Shown: piece by piece, positions 16,431-25,100 of the stretch
Numbering within the stretch: the stretch's first letter is position 1
Layout: each line of letters opens with the position of its first letter
DNA from: Trichlorobacter lovleyi SZ
GTDB taxonomy: Bacteria; Desulfobacterota; Desulfuromonadia; Geobacterales; Pseudopelobacteraceae
Reading direction: 5' to 3'
DNA: 32,000 nucleotides
Assembly (NCBI RefSeq): GCF_000020385.1
Contig: NC_010814.1
Span: 930,001-962,000 of the forward strand
Program-made: the position numbers and the translations under genes
Notes under the pieces: model-generated
Database searches by the model: none
Seen by the model: the letters and a program-made list of their open reading frames with translations, nothing else
What the model was told of the DNA's origin: nothing

Positions 16431-18137
16431 ATGAAGATTGCCGATATGGATCTGCGGGAGATGCTTTCTTTCAACCCCGAAGGGGGGATCATACACCTGT
16501 TGGGCGAACGGGTTCTGATACATAACGCAAATGTTTCAGGGCTGCTGAAAAAAGAGCTGATCGATTCGCTGGGGGTGTTTACCGCACGCTGCATCCTGAC
16601 CCGTCTCGGCTTTGCCAACGGTTGGCAGACGGCAAAAAACCTGGAACAGCATGCTCCTGACGTCTGGAAGGAATCAAGGAAGTACGCCGGTGCAAAGCTG
16701 CATTCCCTGACCGGATTTAACAACGTTACCCTTAACACCCGTACAGATGGATCTGACGGCAAGTCCCTGATTGAATCGGTCTGGCACGACTGCTATGAGG
16801 CGGAACAGCACCTGCTGCATTTTGGCCGCTCGGAAGAACCGGCATGCTGGCGGGAGGTTGCCTTTGCAAGCGGTTTTGCATCCTATGTCGAGGGGCGGGA
16901 GGTCTATTTTATCGAGGATCAGTGCCGCGCAATGGGGCATGACACCTGCCATGTCACGGCCCGTTACAAAGAGAACTGGGGATCTGAGCTGGAGCCGTAT
17001 CTGCGGTACTACCGCATGGAATCCTCAGCGGCCATCATGCGGGAGCTGAATGAAAAGTTGATCAGTGTGGAAAAGAGGTTGCGTAAGAAGGAGGAGCATT
17101 TCGCCTTTCTTGAGGGGGCCACAACCCCCACGCTGGTTATGTCCCGCAGCCGTGCCATGAAGAACGTGGTCGATATGGCCTGGCGGGTTGCCAAGGTGGA
17201 TTCATCGGTGCTGGTCACCGGCGAAAGCGGCTCCGGCAAGGAGCTGATGGCCCGCTTCATCCATGACCAGTCGCCCCGGGCCGCACAGCCTTTTATTGCG
17301 GTAAACTGCGGCGCACTTACCGAGACATTGCTGGAAAGCGAGCTGTTCGGCCATGCCAAAGGTTCGTTCACCGGTGCGGACCGGGATCGCCCCGGTCTCT
17401 TTGAGGCTGCTGCCGGCGGCACCCTGTTTCTGGATGAGATCGGCGAGGTCTCGCCGGCCATGCAGGTCAAGCTGCTGCGCGCCCTGCAGGAGCGTGAGGT
17501 CCGCAGGGTGGGTGAGAACAAATCGCGCAAGATTGATGTGCGGGTCGTTACGGCAACCAACCGCAACCTGGCTGACGAAATTGCCCAGGGCCGTTTCCGG
17601 CAGGATCTCTACTACCGTCTGCGGGTCATTGAGCTGCAGGTGCCGCCGCTGCGGGAGCGCAACGAAGATATCCTGCCCCTGACCCGAATGTTCCTGGCCA
17701 AGCTGGTGAAACAGATGAAGCTGCAGATTACCGGATTTACCTCCAAGGCAGCTGCGCAATTTCTGCGCTACAGCTGGCCGGGTAATGTCCGCGAGCTTCA
17801 AAACGCGGTGGAGTACGCCGTTGCCATGTGCCAGGGGGCGCAGATCGATGTTGACGACCTGCCCTGCGACCTGCGGGCACTTTCCCTGAGGCCGGTGGTC
17901 TCAGACTGCATCCGTCCGTTGGAGGAGATCGAGCGGGATTACATCATCGGCGTGCTGCGTGCCCTTGGCGGCAACAAGGTGCTGGCGGCTAGCGAGCTGA
18001 ACATCGGTCTGGCCACGCTGTACCGCAAACTGAAGGAGTATGAGGCGCAGGGGGCAATCTCTCTTGATGAGCTCGGCAGCCAGACCGGCTCTACCCCGTC
18101 GGCCAAGTGCAAGTCGCAACGGCCGGAGCCTGCCTGA
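16431..18137 (+). CDS. Sigma-54-dependent transcriptional activator, XylR/DmpR type (XylR_N + V4R sensor, AAA+, Fis-type HTH)
   Basis: The N-terminal LSFNPEGGIIHLLGERVLI...ARCILTRLGFANGW resembles the XylR N-domain/V4R. GESGSGKE Walker A, ESELFGH, GSFTGA (GAFTGA variant). C-terminal HTH AASELNIGLATLYRKLKEY. Confidence 0.9.
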   Translation: MKIADMDLREMLSFNPEGGIIHLLGERVLIHNANVSGLLKKELIDSLGVFTARCILTRLGFANGWQTAKNLEQHAPDVWKESRKYAGAKLHSLTGFNNVTLNTRTDGSDGKSLIESVWHDCYEAEQHLLHFGRSEEPACWREVAFASGFASYVEGREVYFIEDQCRAMGHDTCHVTARYKENWGSELEPYLRYYRMESSAAIMRELNEKLISVEKRLRKKEEHFAFLEGATTPTLVMSRSRAMKNVVDMAWRVAKVDSSVLVTGESGSGKELMARFIHDQSPRAAQPFIAVNCGALTETLLESELFGHAKGSFTGADRDRPGLFEAAAGGTLFLDEIGEVSPAMQVKLLRALQEREVRRVGENKSRKIDVRVVTATNRNLADEIAQGRFRQDLYYRLRVIELQVPPLRERNEDILPLTRMFLAKLVKQMKLQITGFTSKAAAQFLRYSWPGNVRELQNAVEYAVAMCQGAQIDVDDLPCDLRALSLRPVVSDCIRPLEEIERDYIIGVLRALGGNKVLAASELNIGLATLYRKLKEYEAQGAISLDELGSQTGSTPSAKCKSQRPEPA

Positions 18138-18169
18138 TACCCCAATCCTGACGCCTCAGATCTTTCAGG

Positions 18170-18220
18170 CGGCATCACCTGTGACAGTTCGCTCAGTTCA
18201 CGGGTGATGCCGTTTTTTTT
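18170..18220 (+). terminator. Rho-independent terminator of the activator gene
   Basis: cggcatcacc (18170-18179) pairs with ggtgatgccg (18203-18212), followed by T8 (18213-18220). Confidence 0.75.
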
Positions 18221-18267
18221 CACCACCGTTCCCCCTCCGGCAACAACGTCCAAAAGCCGATATCATT

Positions 18268-18277
18268 TTGATAATCA
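18268..18277. promoter_or_regulatory. Candidate enhancer (UAS) TTGATAATCA
   Basis: Same 10-mer as at 16400-16409 (minus strand there). The TGATAATCA core centre is 87.5 bp upstream of the GG of the 18359 promoter. It overlaps the further short palindromes GATATC and ATCATGAT. Confidence 0.5.
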
Positions 18278-18358
18278 TGATTTTCAGTTCGACATGCTAT
18301 CGCGGCCATCCGGCCTGCTTTGGTTTGCATCAGTCTGTAATTGTTAGCTATTTGATGG

Positions 18359-18374
18359 TGGCACAATCATTGCT
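18359..18374 (+). promoter_or_regulatory. Sigma-54 promoter (consensus-quality)
   Basis: TGGCACaatcaTTGCT. 68 nt upstream of ATG 18442 and just downstream of the sigma-54 activator gene and its terminator. Confidence 0.8.
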
Positions 18375-18441
18375 CTTTCTCCTCCAGAGCAGGCATACAC
18401 CATCTGAACCAGCGCTCAGGACGCGGACAAAGGGATCTACC

Positions 18442-19230
18442 ATGCAAACCAGCATCGTCATTTTTACCAGGGTGCCGAAAACAGGCGACACCAAGACCAG
18501 GCTTACCACTGCCAGAGGCGGTATTCTCACTGATGACGAGGCACGGATGCTCTACGAGGGCTGTCTTGTCGACGTGATCAACGTTTGCATCGCAGCCGGT
18601 TGTGGTGAGGTCAAGGTCTGCTACAACGCCTCCGGCGACCGCGACTGTCTGGAGCAGTTGCTGGCACGCAGCTCGGACAGGTCAAAGATCGTTGAGGTCT
18701 ACCCTGATCAGGGAGGCAGTTTTGATGACTGCATGCAATATGCCGCCGATCATATCCTGAAAGCCGCGCCAGGGGCGCCGGAACCGGCAGCGGTGATCAT
18801 TGTCGGCGGGGATATCCCCACCCTGCAGCCGTACATCGTGCAGGATGCGGTCAAAAAACTGCATGATCTTGCCAAGGCGCAACCGGGCGGCAGCGCCCTG
18901 GTTGAAGGGGCCTGCCAGGAGGGCGGATTCTCACTGGTCGGTTTCACCTCCAGTACACCATTCGACTTCAACAAGGTCTTCTATAACATGGACGGCATCA
19001 CGGCACTGGATATGCTGGTGGCCAAGGCCGTTGACAAGAAGATTCCTCTGGCGGTGGTCGAGGCGGTGCCGGATGTGGATATTCCGGTAGACCTGGCCAG
19101 CATGATTCCGGTGGTCAAGGCGCTCAGGGCGGCATCTGTCTACAACGACGCCATTTTAGTGCCGGAGCATACGCTGCAGGTGCTGGATGAACTCGGTCTG
19201 GAGAGTACGGCGTCGCCTCCGCAGCGCTAA
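18442..19230 (+). CDS. DUF2064-like (MobA/CofC-like nucleotidyltransferase/GT-A fold) protein, paralog A
   Basis: IVIFTRVPKTGDTKTRLTT, VIIVGGDIPTLQP, EGGFSLVG and VPDVDIPVDL match the DUF2064 pattern (KaP.pG.vKTRL ... GsDiP ... DGGy.LiG ... DvD). AAGGGA RBS. The ORF-track N-terminal extension (18268) overlaps the promoter and is rejected. Confidence 0.7.
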   Translation: MQTSIVIFTRVPKTGDTKTRLTTARGGILTDDEARMLYEGCLVDVINVCIAAGCGEVKVCYNASGDRDCLEQLLARSSDRSKIVEVYPDQGGSFDDCMQYAADHILKAAPGAPEPAAVIIVGGDIPTLQPYIVQDAVKKLHDLAKAQPGGSALVEGACQEGGFSLVGFTSSTPFDFNKVFYNMDGITALDMLVAKAVDKKIPLAVVEAVPDVDIPVDLASMIPVVKALRAASVYNDAILVPEHTLQVLDELGLESTASPPQR

Positions 19231-19258
19231 CAGACCATCTACAGTCATTTGTCGCCAT

Positions 19259-20230
19259 ATGAAAGGAACCGCTGTGAACCATCAGGAATTATCCCGAGAT
19301 CTGAAAGAACTGCTTACCCTGCGATGGTCCCCCGTAGCGGTCAGGCTGCTGAAGCATGGAGAAGAAAAGCCGGCCAACGTCTTTGAGCCATCCGTGCCGC
19401 TCAGGCATTGCCAGGCCATAACCGCGGCGCGGCGGGGCAACAGCATCTACATGCCCCCTGCCAAACATGCCTGCCCCGACGGGTCGGCAATCATGGGGCT
19501 GATCCCGATGTCGCCCAAGCTGCGTTCCGGTGAACTGTACCTGCTGTTCAAGAAACTGCCCAACATAGAAATAGCCCGCAAAATGATCGCATCGCGGTCC
19601 GAGTTTGCCACCGGCACCTACCGTGCCAGCGTGGTTGCACCGCTGGAGGATGCCGAATTCACGCCCGATGTTGTCATCTTTACCCTCTACCCCGAGCAGG
19701 CGATGTGGTGCTGTTGCGCCTCAAGCTACGGCAGCGGCGACCGGCAGGTCTTCAACACCTCGGGCTTTAACTCCACCTGCTCCGATCTGACGGTGCAGGT
19801 GATGAAGAGTCAGCGGATGAATATCTCCTTCGGCTGCTACGGAGCCAGGGCGATCAGTGATATCAGCGATTTTGAGACCTACCTCGCCATTCCCTACGAC
19901 CAGCTGCCGGCGCTGATCGAATCCCTGAAAAAACTGGCGGTGAAGAGCATCCCCGAGGCGCGGCGCAAGATCTACATGCCGCCGGTCATTGACAACGTCT
20001 CCGGGCCGGAACAACAGGAAGGCTGCCATGTCTCCGTCCGGATACAGCAGGATCGCTGCAACGGCTGCGAACTCTGCGTTGCCTTCTGCCCGGATGCCGT
20101 GCTGGAGATGCGGGAGACCGAAAACGGACCCAAGGCGGTGGCGGTTGCCGAGGAAAAATGCAGCAGCTGCTATACCTGTGTCGGCCAGTGCCCGCAAAAG
20201 GCGATCCAGCTGGAACAGCGGGCGAACTAG
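19259..20230 (+). CDS. DUF169-like protein fused to a C-terminal 2x[4Fe-4S] ferredoxin domain
   Basis: WSPVAVRLL...LRHCQAI..ARRG...ACPDGSAIMGL resembles DUF169/COG2043. The C-terminus has CNGCELCVAFCP and CSSCYTCVGQCP. The start may be GTG 19274 (AAAGGAA RBS) rather than ATG 19259. Confidence 0.65.
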   Translation: MKGTAVNHQELSRDLKELLTLRWSPVAVRLLKHGEEKPANVFEPSVPLRHCQAITAARRGNSIYMPPAKHACPDGSAIMGLIPMSPKLRSGELYLLFKKLPNIEIARKMIASRSEFATGTYRASVVAPLEDAEFTPDVVIFTLYPEQAMWCCCASSYGSGDRQVFNTSGFNSTCSDLTVQVMKSQRMNISFGCYGARAISDISDFETYLAIPYDQLPALIESLKKLAVKSIPEARRKIYMPPVIDNVSGPEQQEGCHVSVRIQQDRCNGCELCVAFCPDAVLEMRETENGPKAVAVAEEKCSSCYTCVGQCPQKAIQLEQRAN

Positions 20231-20257
20231 ACCGGCTTTTGCTGCAAGGGGGAAGAC

Positions 20258-20755
20258 GTGCCATACGAAATCAGATTTGCCGACAGCACTGATGTAGAGG
20301 TCCTGCAGGGTATCTTTCTTGAGAGTGATATGGACCTGGCCGGCGAGATTGAAGAGCATATCGTGATCAGCAGGGGTGATAGCATTATCGGTGGCGGTAT
20401 GCTGACCCAGACGGATCAGGATCTGTTTCATCTGATTGTCTTTGCCATCAGCGAGCATGAACGCACCCATGGCCTGGGCCGGCTGCTGCTTGAAAGGTTG
20501 CTGCAACAGCCCTGGGCCTTTTGCCGGGACGCCAGCATGCCGGAGTGCAGCAGCTATCGGGTCACCACAGTGGCAAAGGGGAAGAGCGCCGGTTTCTACG
20601 GCAAACTCGGCTTTGTCCCGTGCGACTTCAGCGATCTGGCAGCGCCCTTTGCCGGACAGTGCGATGACTGTCCGGAGGCCGCTGACTGCTATCCGGTGGC
20701 CATGAACTGCAACTGCTCACGTATGCCGTCAGGGTCGGAGGGAGCGCTATCATGA
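20258..20755 (+). CDS. GNAT-family N-acetyltransferase
   Basis: GTG start after GGGGGAAG. The acetyl-CoA binding-type block HERTHGLGRLLLERLL and C-terminal FYGKLGFV are typical of GNATs. Confidence 0.7.
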   Translation: MPYEIRFADSTDVEVLQGIFLESDMDLAGEIEEHIVISRGDSIIGGGMLTQTDQDLFHLIVFAISEHERTHGLGRLLLERLLQQPWAFCRDASMPECSSYRVTTVAKGKSAGFYGKLGFVPCDFSDLAAPFAGQCDDCPEAADCYPVAMNCNCSRMPSGSEGALS

Positions 20756-21564
20756 GCAACGCCGCCTTTATCCTGCTGGGCAGCGGCGCCGGTCCCGGTG
20801 CCCCCTCTTTTTTCTGCGACTGTGTCGGCTGCCGGGAGGCGCGGGAACATCCCGCCGCCATCAGGACACGCAGCGGCGCACTGCTGACCACCGCCGGTCA
20901 GCAGGTGCTGATCGACACCCCGCCGGATCTCAGACAACAGTTGCTGAGGGAACGGGTTTCCGACGTTGATACGCTGTTCATCACCCACTGGCATTATGAC
21001 CATTTCGGCGGGATCGGCGAGCTTGAGTACTATGTCAAGCTGAAGCGCATGCAGCCGATCACACTCTATCTGCCCCCTTCGGCACGGGAGCTGTTTCATA
21101 ACGCCTTTCCTGCGCTTGAGGAGATCTTTACGGTGCAGACCTGGGAGTTCTTTCGATCCTACCCGCTGGGTGAGCTCCTAATTACGCCGCTACCGGCCCG
21201 CCACAGCATTGAAACCGCCGGATTCATGGTCAGTTCGCCGACTGTCCGGCTGGCCTATTTCCCGGATACCGCCGGTCTCCCCCCGGAGACGCTGCCGTTG
21301 GTGCAGGGGTCTGATTACCTGATCTGCGACGCCACCTTTAGCGGTGAAAACTGGTTTCCCAACAGCCATATGTCCATTGCCGAGGCGATTGAGCTGGGGC
21401 AGCAGGCCGAGGCAAAGACAGTGATTCTGACCCATATCTCCGTCCATTACAGCCGGCCGTTGACCAGTGTTGAGTTACAGCAGCAGCTGGCAGCGCATCC
21501 CCATGTCCGGGCTGCCCATGACGGCATGGTGATACCCCTGTCCGGTGAGGGGGTAAAACGATGA
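20752..21564 (+). CDS. MBL-fold metallo-hydrolase, PhnP/PqqB-like
   Basis: GSGAGPGAPSFFCDCVGCREAR parallels E. coli PhnP [22 protein letters not shown]. HxHxDH motif THWHYDHFGG. 4-bp ATGA overlap with the GNAT gene. Confidence 0.75.
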   Translation: MSNAAFILLGSGAGPGAPSFFCDCVGCREAREHPAAIRTRSGALLTTAGQQVLIDTPPDLRQQLLRERVSDVDTLFITHWHYDHFGGIGELEYYVKLKRMQPITLYLPPSARELFHNAFPALEEIFTVQTWEFFRSYPLGELLITPLPARHSIETAGFMVSSPTVRLAYFPDTAGLPPETLPLVQGSDYLICDATFSGENWFPNSHMSIAEAIELGQQAEAKTVILTHISVHYSRPLTSVELQQQLAAHPHVRAAHDGMVIPLSGEGVKR

Positions 21565-22148
21565 AACGCTCTCTGGGAGCAGCGACACTGTCACTTCCCT
21601 CGCCGGTCTGGGTTATCGGCAGTTTTGATGCACAGGGCCGGCCGAATCTGATGACCGTCTCCTGGGCCGGTATCTGCTGCTCGGACCCGCCCTGCGTTGC
21701 TATCTCCGTACGGAAGAACCGGCTGACCCATCGCAATATCAGCACGACCGGGGCCTTCACGGTCAATGTGCCCGGCTGCCGCCATCTTGCCCAGGCCGAC
21801 CTGATCGGGATGGTGTCCGGAGTTGTGGCCGACAAGTTTGCGACAACCGGCCTGACCGCTGTGAGCAGTGAACTGGTCAATGCCCCCTATGTACAGGAAT
21901 TCCCCCTCAACCTCGAATGCCGCGTGCTGCACAGTAGTGACCTGGGCAGCCATACCCAGTTCATCGGCCTGATCTGTGATGTCAAGGCTGATGAAGCGGT
22001 GCTTGGCAGGCAGGGAGTGCCGCTTGCCGGGCTGGTACAGCCGGTCCTGGCCAGTGCCCCGGAACGCTCCTATTACACCCTTGGTCCGCAACTGGTCAGG
22101 ACCGCGACCGCAGGCAAGGCCCTGCAGCCAGACCAGCCTGCTGTCTGA
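21561..22148 (+). CDS. Flavin reductase-like (FMN-binding split-barrel, flavoredoxin-type) protein
   Basis: SPVWVIGSFDAQGRPNLMTVSWAGICCSDPPCVAISVRKNR.TH.NI..TGAFTVNV pattern. 4-bp overlap with the upstream gene. Confidence 0.7.
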   Translation: MKRSLGAATLSLPSPVWVIGSFDAQGRPNLMTVSWAGICCSDPPCVAISVRKNRLTHRNISTTGAFTVNVPGCRHLAQADLIGMVSGVVADKFATTGLTAVSSELVNAPYVQEFPLNLECRVLHSSDLGSHTQFIGLICDVKADEAVLGRQGVPLAGLVQPVLASAPERSYYTLGPQLVRTATAGKALQPDQPAV

Positions 22149-22178
22149 TCAGCTACGAAATGTTAGGAATAGACTGCC

Positions 22179-25100
22179 ATGCCCTTTAATCATTCAGACT
22201 GGATACGGCTTCCGTTAGCCTCATCAGCACTGTACCTTGCCCCGGGACAGCCTGCCTGGTTTGTTCCCACGGCAGAGGGGGATCGCCTGCTCTGCTCAGC
22301 GGCCTCCGGCGCTGTTCTGCAGGACAGTGACTCACAACTGTTTCTGCAGCGGCTGCCAAAAGGTACGCCGGCTGTCTATCCGGGCAGAGAACTGCTGCTG
22401 CCCAGGTCTCCCGCATTGCGGGAACTCTGGTTCCATGTCACCGACGCCTGCAACATGAGCTGCAGCCATTGTCTGTTCAGCGCCGGGCCGGGACACTACC
22501 GCCAACTGCCGCTTGATCAGCTGCTGCAGCATGCCGCCACCGCCTACGGATCGCTGGACTGCCGTCTGTTCGCCCTGACCGGCGGAGAGCCGCTGATGTA
22601 TGACGGTTTCAGCCGGTTGATTGAAGGACTGCTGGAACATCAGGATGCTCAGTTGGTGATTTTGAGCAACGGCCTCCTGGCAGACCGGAAGCTTGATCCT
22701 GCCTGGCCCAGGGAGCGGATTCGCCTCCAGATCAGCCTTGACGGTTCACCTGAACAGCATGACGCCGTGCGGGGCAAGGGCAGTTTTGCGTTGCTGCAAA
22801 AACAGCTGCTGTTCCTCAAGGAAAACGGCTGGCAGTTTACCCTCAGCATGTGTCCGACACAGGCCAATCATCAGGATATCCCCTGGCTGGTTGACTTTGC
22901 TGCAGATATGGGGGCGGCAGCGGTTCATTACATGTGGTACTTCATCAGGGGCAGGGGCTCTGAGGAGCAGGCCGTTGCGCCGGTGCAGCTGCTGCCTTTG
23001 CTGGCCGCTGCCATGGAACGCTCTCACAGCAGAGGGGTGCCGATTGACAATCTTGAGGCGATCAGGCAGCGGATCTTCTCGCCGCCGGGCACGATCCATG
23101 ACGGCAGCAGCGCCGGTGTTGAGTCGGCGGCCATCGGGCCTGACAACCGCCTCTATCCCACCGCAGCAACCGTCGGAGTCCGGCAGCTGTCAACCGCTCT
23201 GGAGGCAGGGCTTGCTGCAGCCTGGCAGCAAAGCGAGGTGCTGGCGGAGATACGCCGGACCACAGCAGCTTCGCTCAATACTCCCTGGCGCTACCTCCAT
23301 GGCGGCGGAGACTTTGACCACAGCTATTTCCACGCTGGCAGCTACCAGGGGAGTGATCCCTACCAGCCCCTGATCGAATCGATCTCGCTGCTGCTGATTG
23401 AGCAGGCCGCCAATCGCTTGCCGGAACCGGCCGGAGCAGCCATCCGGCTGAAGATGGGTGAGCTGCTTGAGAACTGCAGCTCCCACGGACCGGTGGCCCT
23501 CTGCCAGAGCAACTGCCTGCTGCATGACACCCGGGACAGCCGTTCCGGGGTGAAGCAGTTCTATGCCGAGGCCGCAGGTGACCGTCGTGCCGATATCCTG
23601 AACCCGGTCTCCTATGCAGACCCGTTGTTAAGCCATATCCCGGCGGAATTCCGTTTTCGCGGCTACGGTTGCGGCAGCCCGATCCTGGATGCCGCCCTGC
23701 AGGCCGGTGAGCGGGTGGTTGATCTCGGCAGCGGCACCGGGGTGGAATGCTTTATCGCTGCCCGCCAGGTTGGTGCTGAAGGGCAGGTAACCGGGGTCGA
23801 TATGCTGGACCCGATGCTGGCACTGGCCAATCGCGGTGCAGAGCAGGTGCGGGCCACGCTCGGTTTCGACAATCTGCGTTTTGTGAAGGGCTATCTGGAG
23901 GCGCTGCCCCTTGAGACAGGCAGCGTTGATGTGCTGGTCTCCAACTGCGTCTTGAACCTGTCGCCGGACAAACGGCGGACCTTTGCCGAGATCTGCCGCG
24001 TGCTGGCTCCGGGTGGCCGGATGGTTGTTGCGGATGTGGTCTGTGAAGATCAGCCACCGGCAGCCATCCTGAATGATGATGAGCTGCGCGGTGAATGCAT
24101 TGCCGGTGCCATGACCCACAAGGATCTGGCCGGTATCGTCGCCGAAAGCGGTCTCTGGCGCTACCGGATCATCCGGCGGCTTCCCTACCGTACCGTCCAG
24201 GGCCATCCCTTTTATTCACTGACCTTCGTGGCTGAAAAGCCTGCTGGTCTGCATGACCTTTGCACGGAAAAGGTCATCTATCCCGGTCCGGCAGAGGCGT
24301 TGAAACTCTCCGGCCAGACCTGGCTCCGGGCCGGTCAACCGGCGTTGATTGCAAAGCAGGAGGCGGAGCTATTCGGGGATCAGCTCTGGAGAATCGATTC
24401 CTTCGGCTTTGTTGACAACGTGGCGATGTCCGGCGGTTCCTGTTGCTCCCAGCCGCCGGAGGCCCACCAGCAGTCTCAACCTGCCAAACCGGCGGAACCG
24501 CAGCACAGCTCCGGCTGCCTGGTCTGCAGTGCCCCGCTGGTCTATACGGCAGCACCCCAGGAAATGACCTGCCACTATTGCGGCGCAGGCGTCAGCAGCC
24601 ACGCAGCCTGCCAGAACGGGCATTTTGTCTGCGACCTGTGCCATATCGGCGACAGCCTGCAGCGTCTGGAACAGCTCTGTAGCAACTCCGGCACGGCAAA
24701 CCCGATGGAGCTGTTCTTACAGATCCGCAATCACCCCTCCTTTCCGCTCCACGGGCCGCAGTACCATGCCCTGGTGCCGGGGGTGTTTCTGGCTGCCCTG
24801 CGTAATGCCGGCCATCCGGTCAGCGATGAGCAGATCAGGACCGCCATCAGCCGCGGTGCGGAGGTGCCGGGCGGGAGCTGCGGTTTCATGGGGGTCTGCG
24901 GCGCTGCAAGCGGTATCGGCATCGCCTTCAGTGTGCTGCTGGAGGCAACTCCGCTCAAGGTCTCCCAGCGTCAGATCGTCCAGCAGGTGGTGCAGCAGGT
25001 GCTGGCAGATATCGCCTCCCAGCAGGCCGCCCGTTGCTGCCAGCGGGATTGCTGGCTGGCGCTGCGCCGTGGCCTCTTGCTGGCCGGTCAGATGTTTGCG

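Noticed and set aside
18268-18441. N-terminal 58-codon extension of the DUF2064-A ORF proposed by the ORF track.
   Set aside because: The extension would span the sigma-54 promoter (18359-18374) and the UAS-like motif. The recognisable protein begins at MQTSIVIFTRVPK (ATG 18442), which is preceded by AAGGGA.
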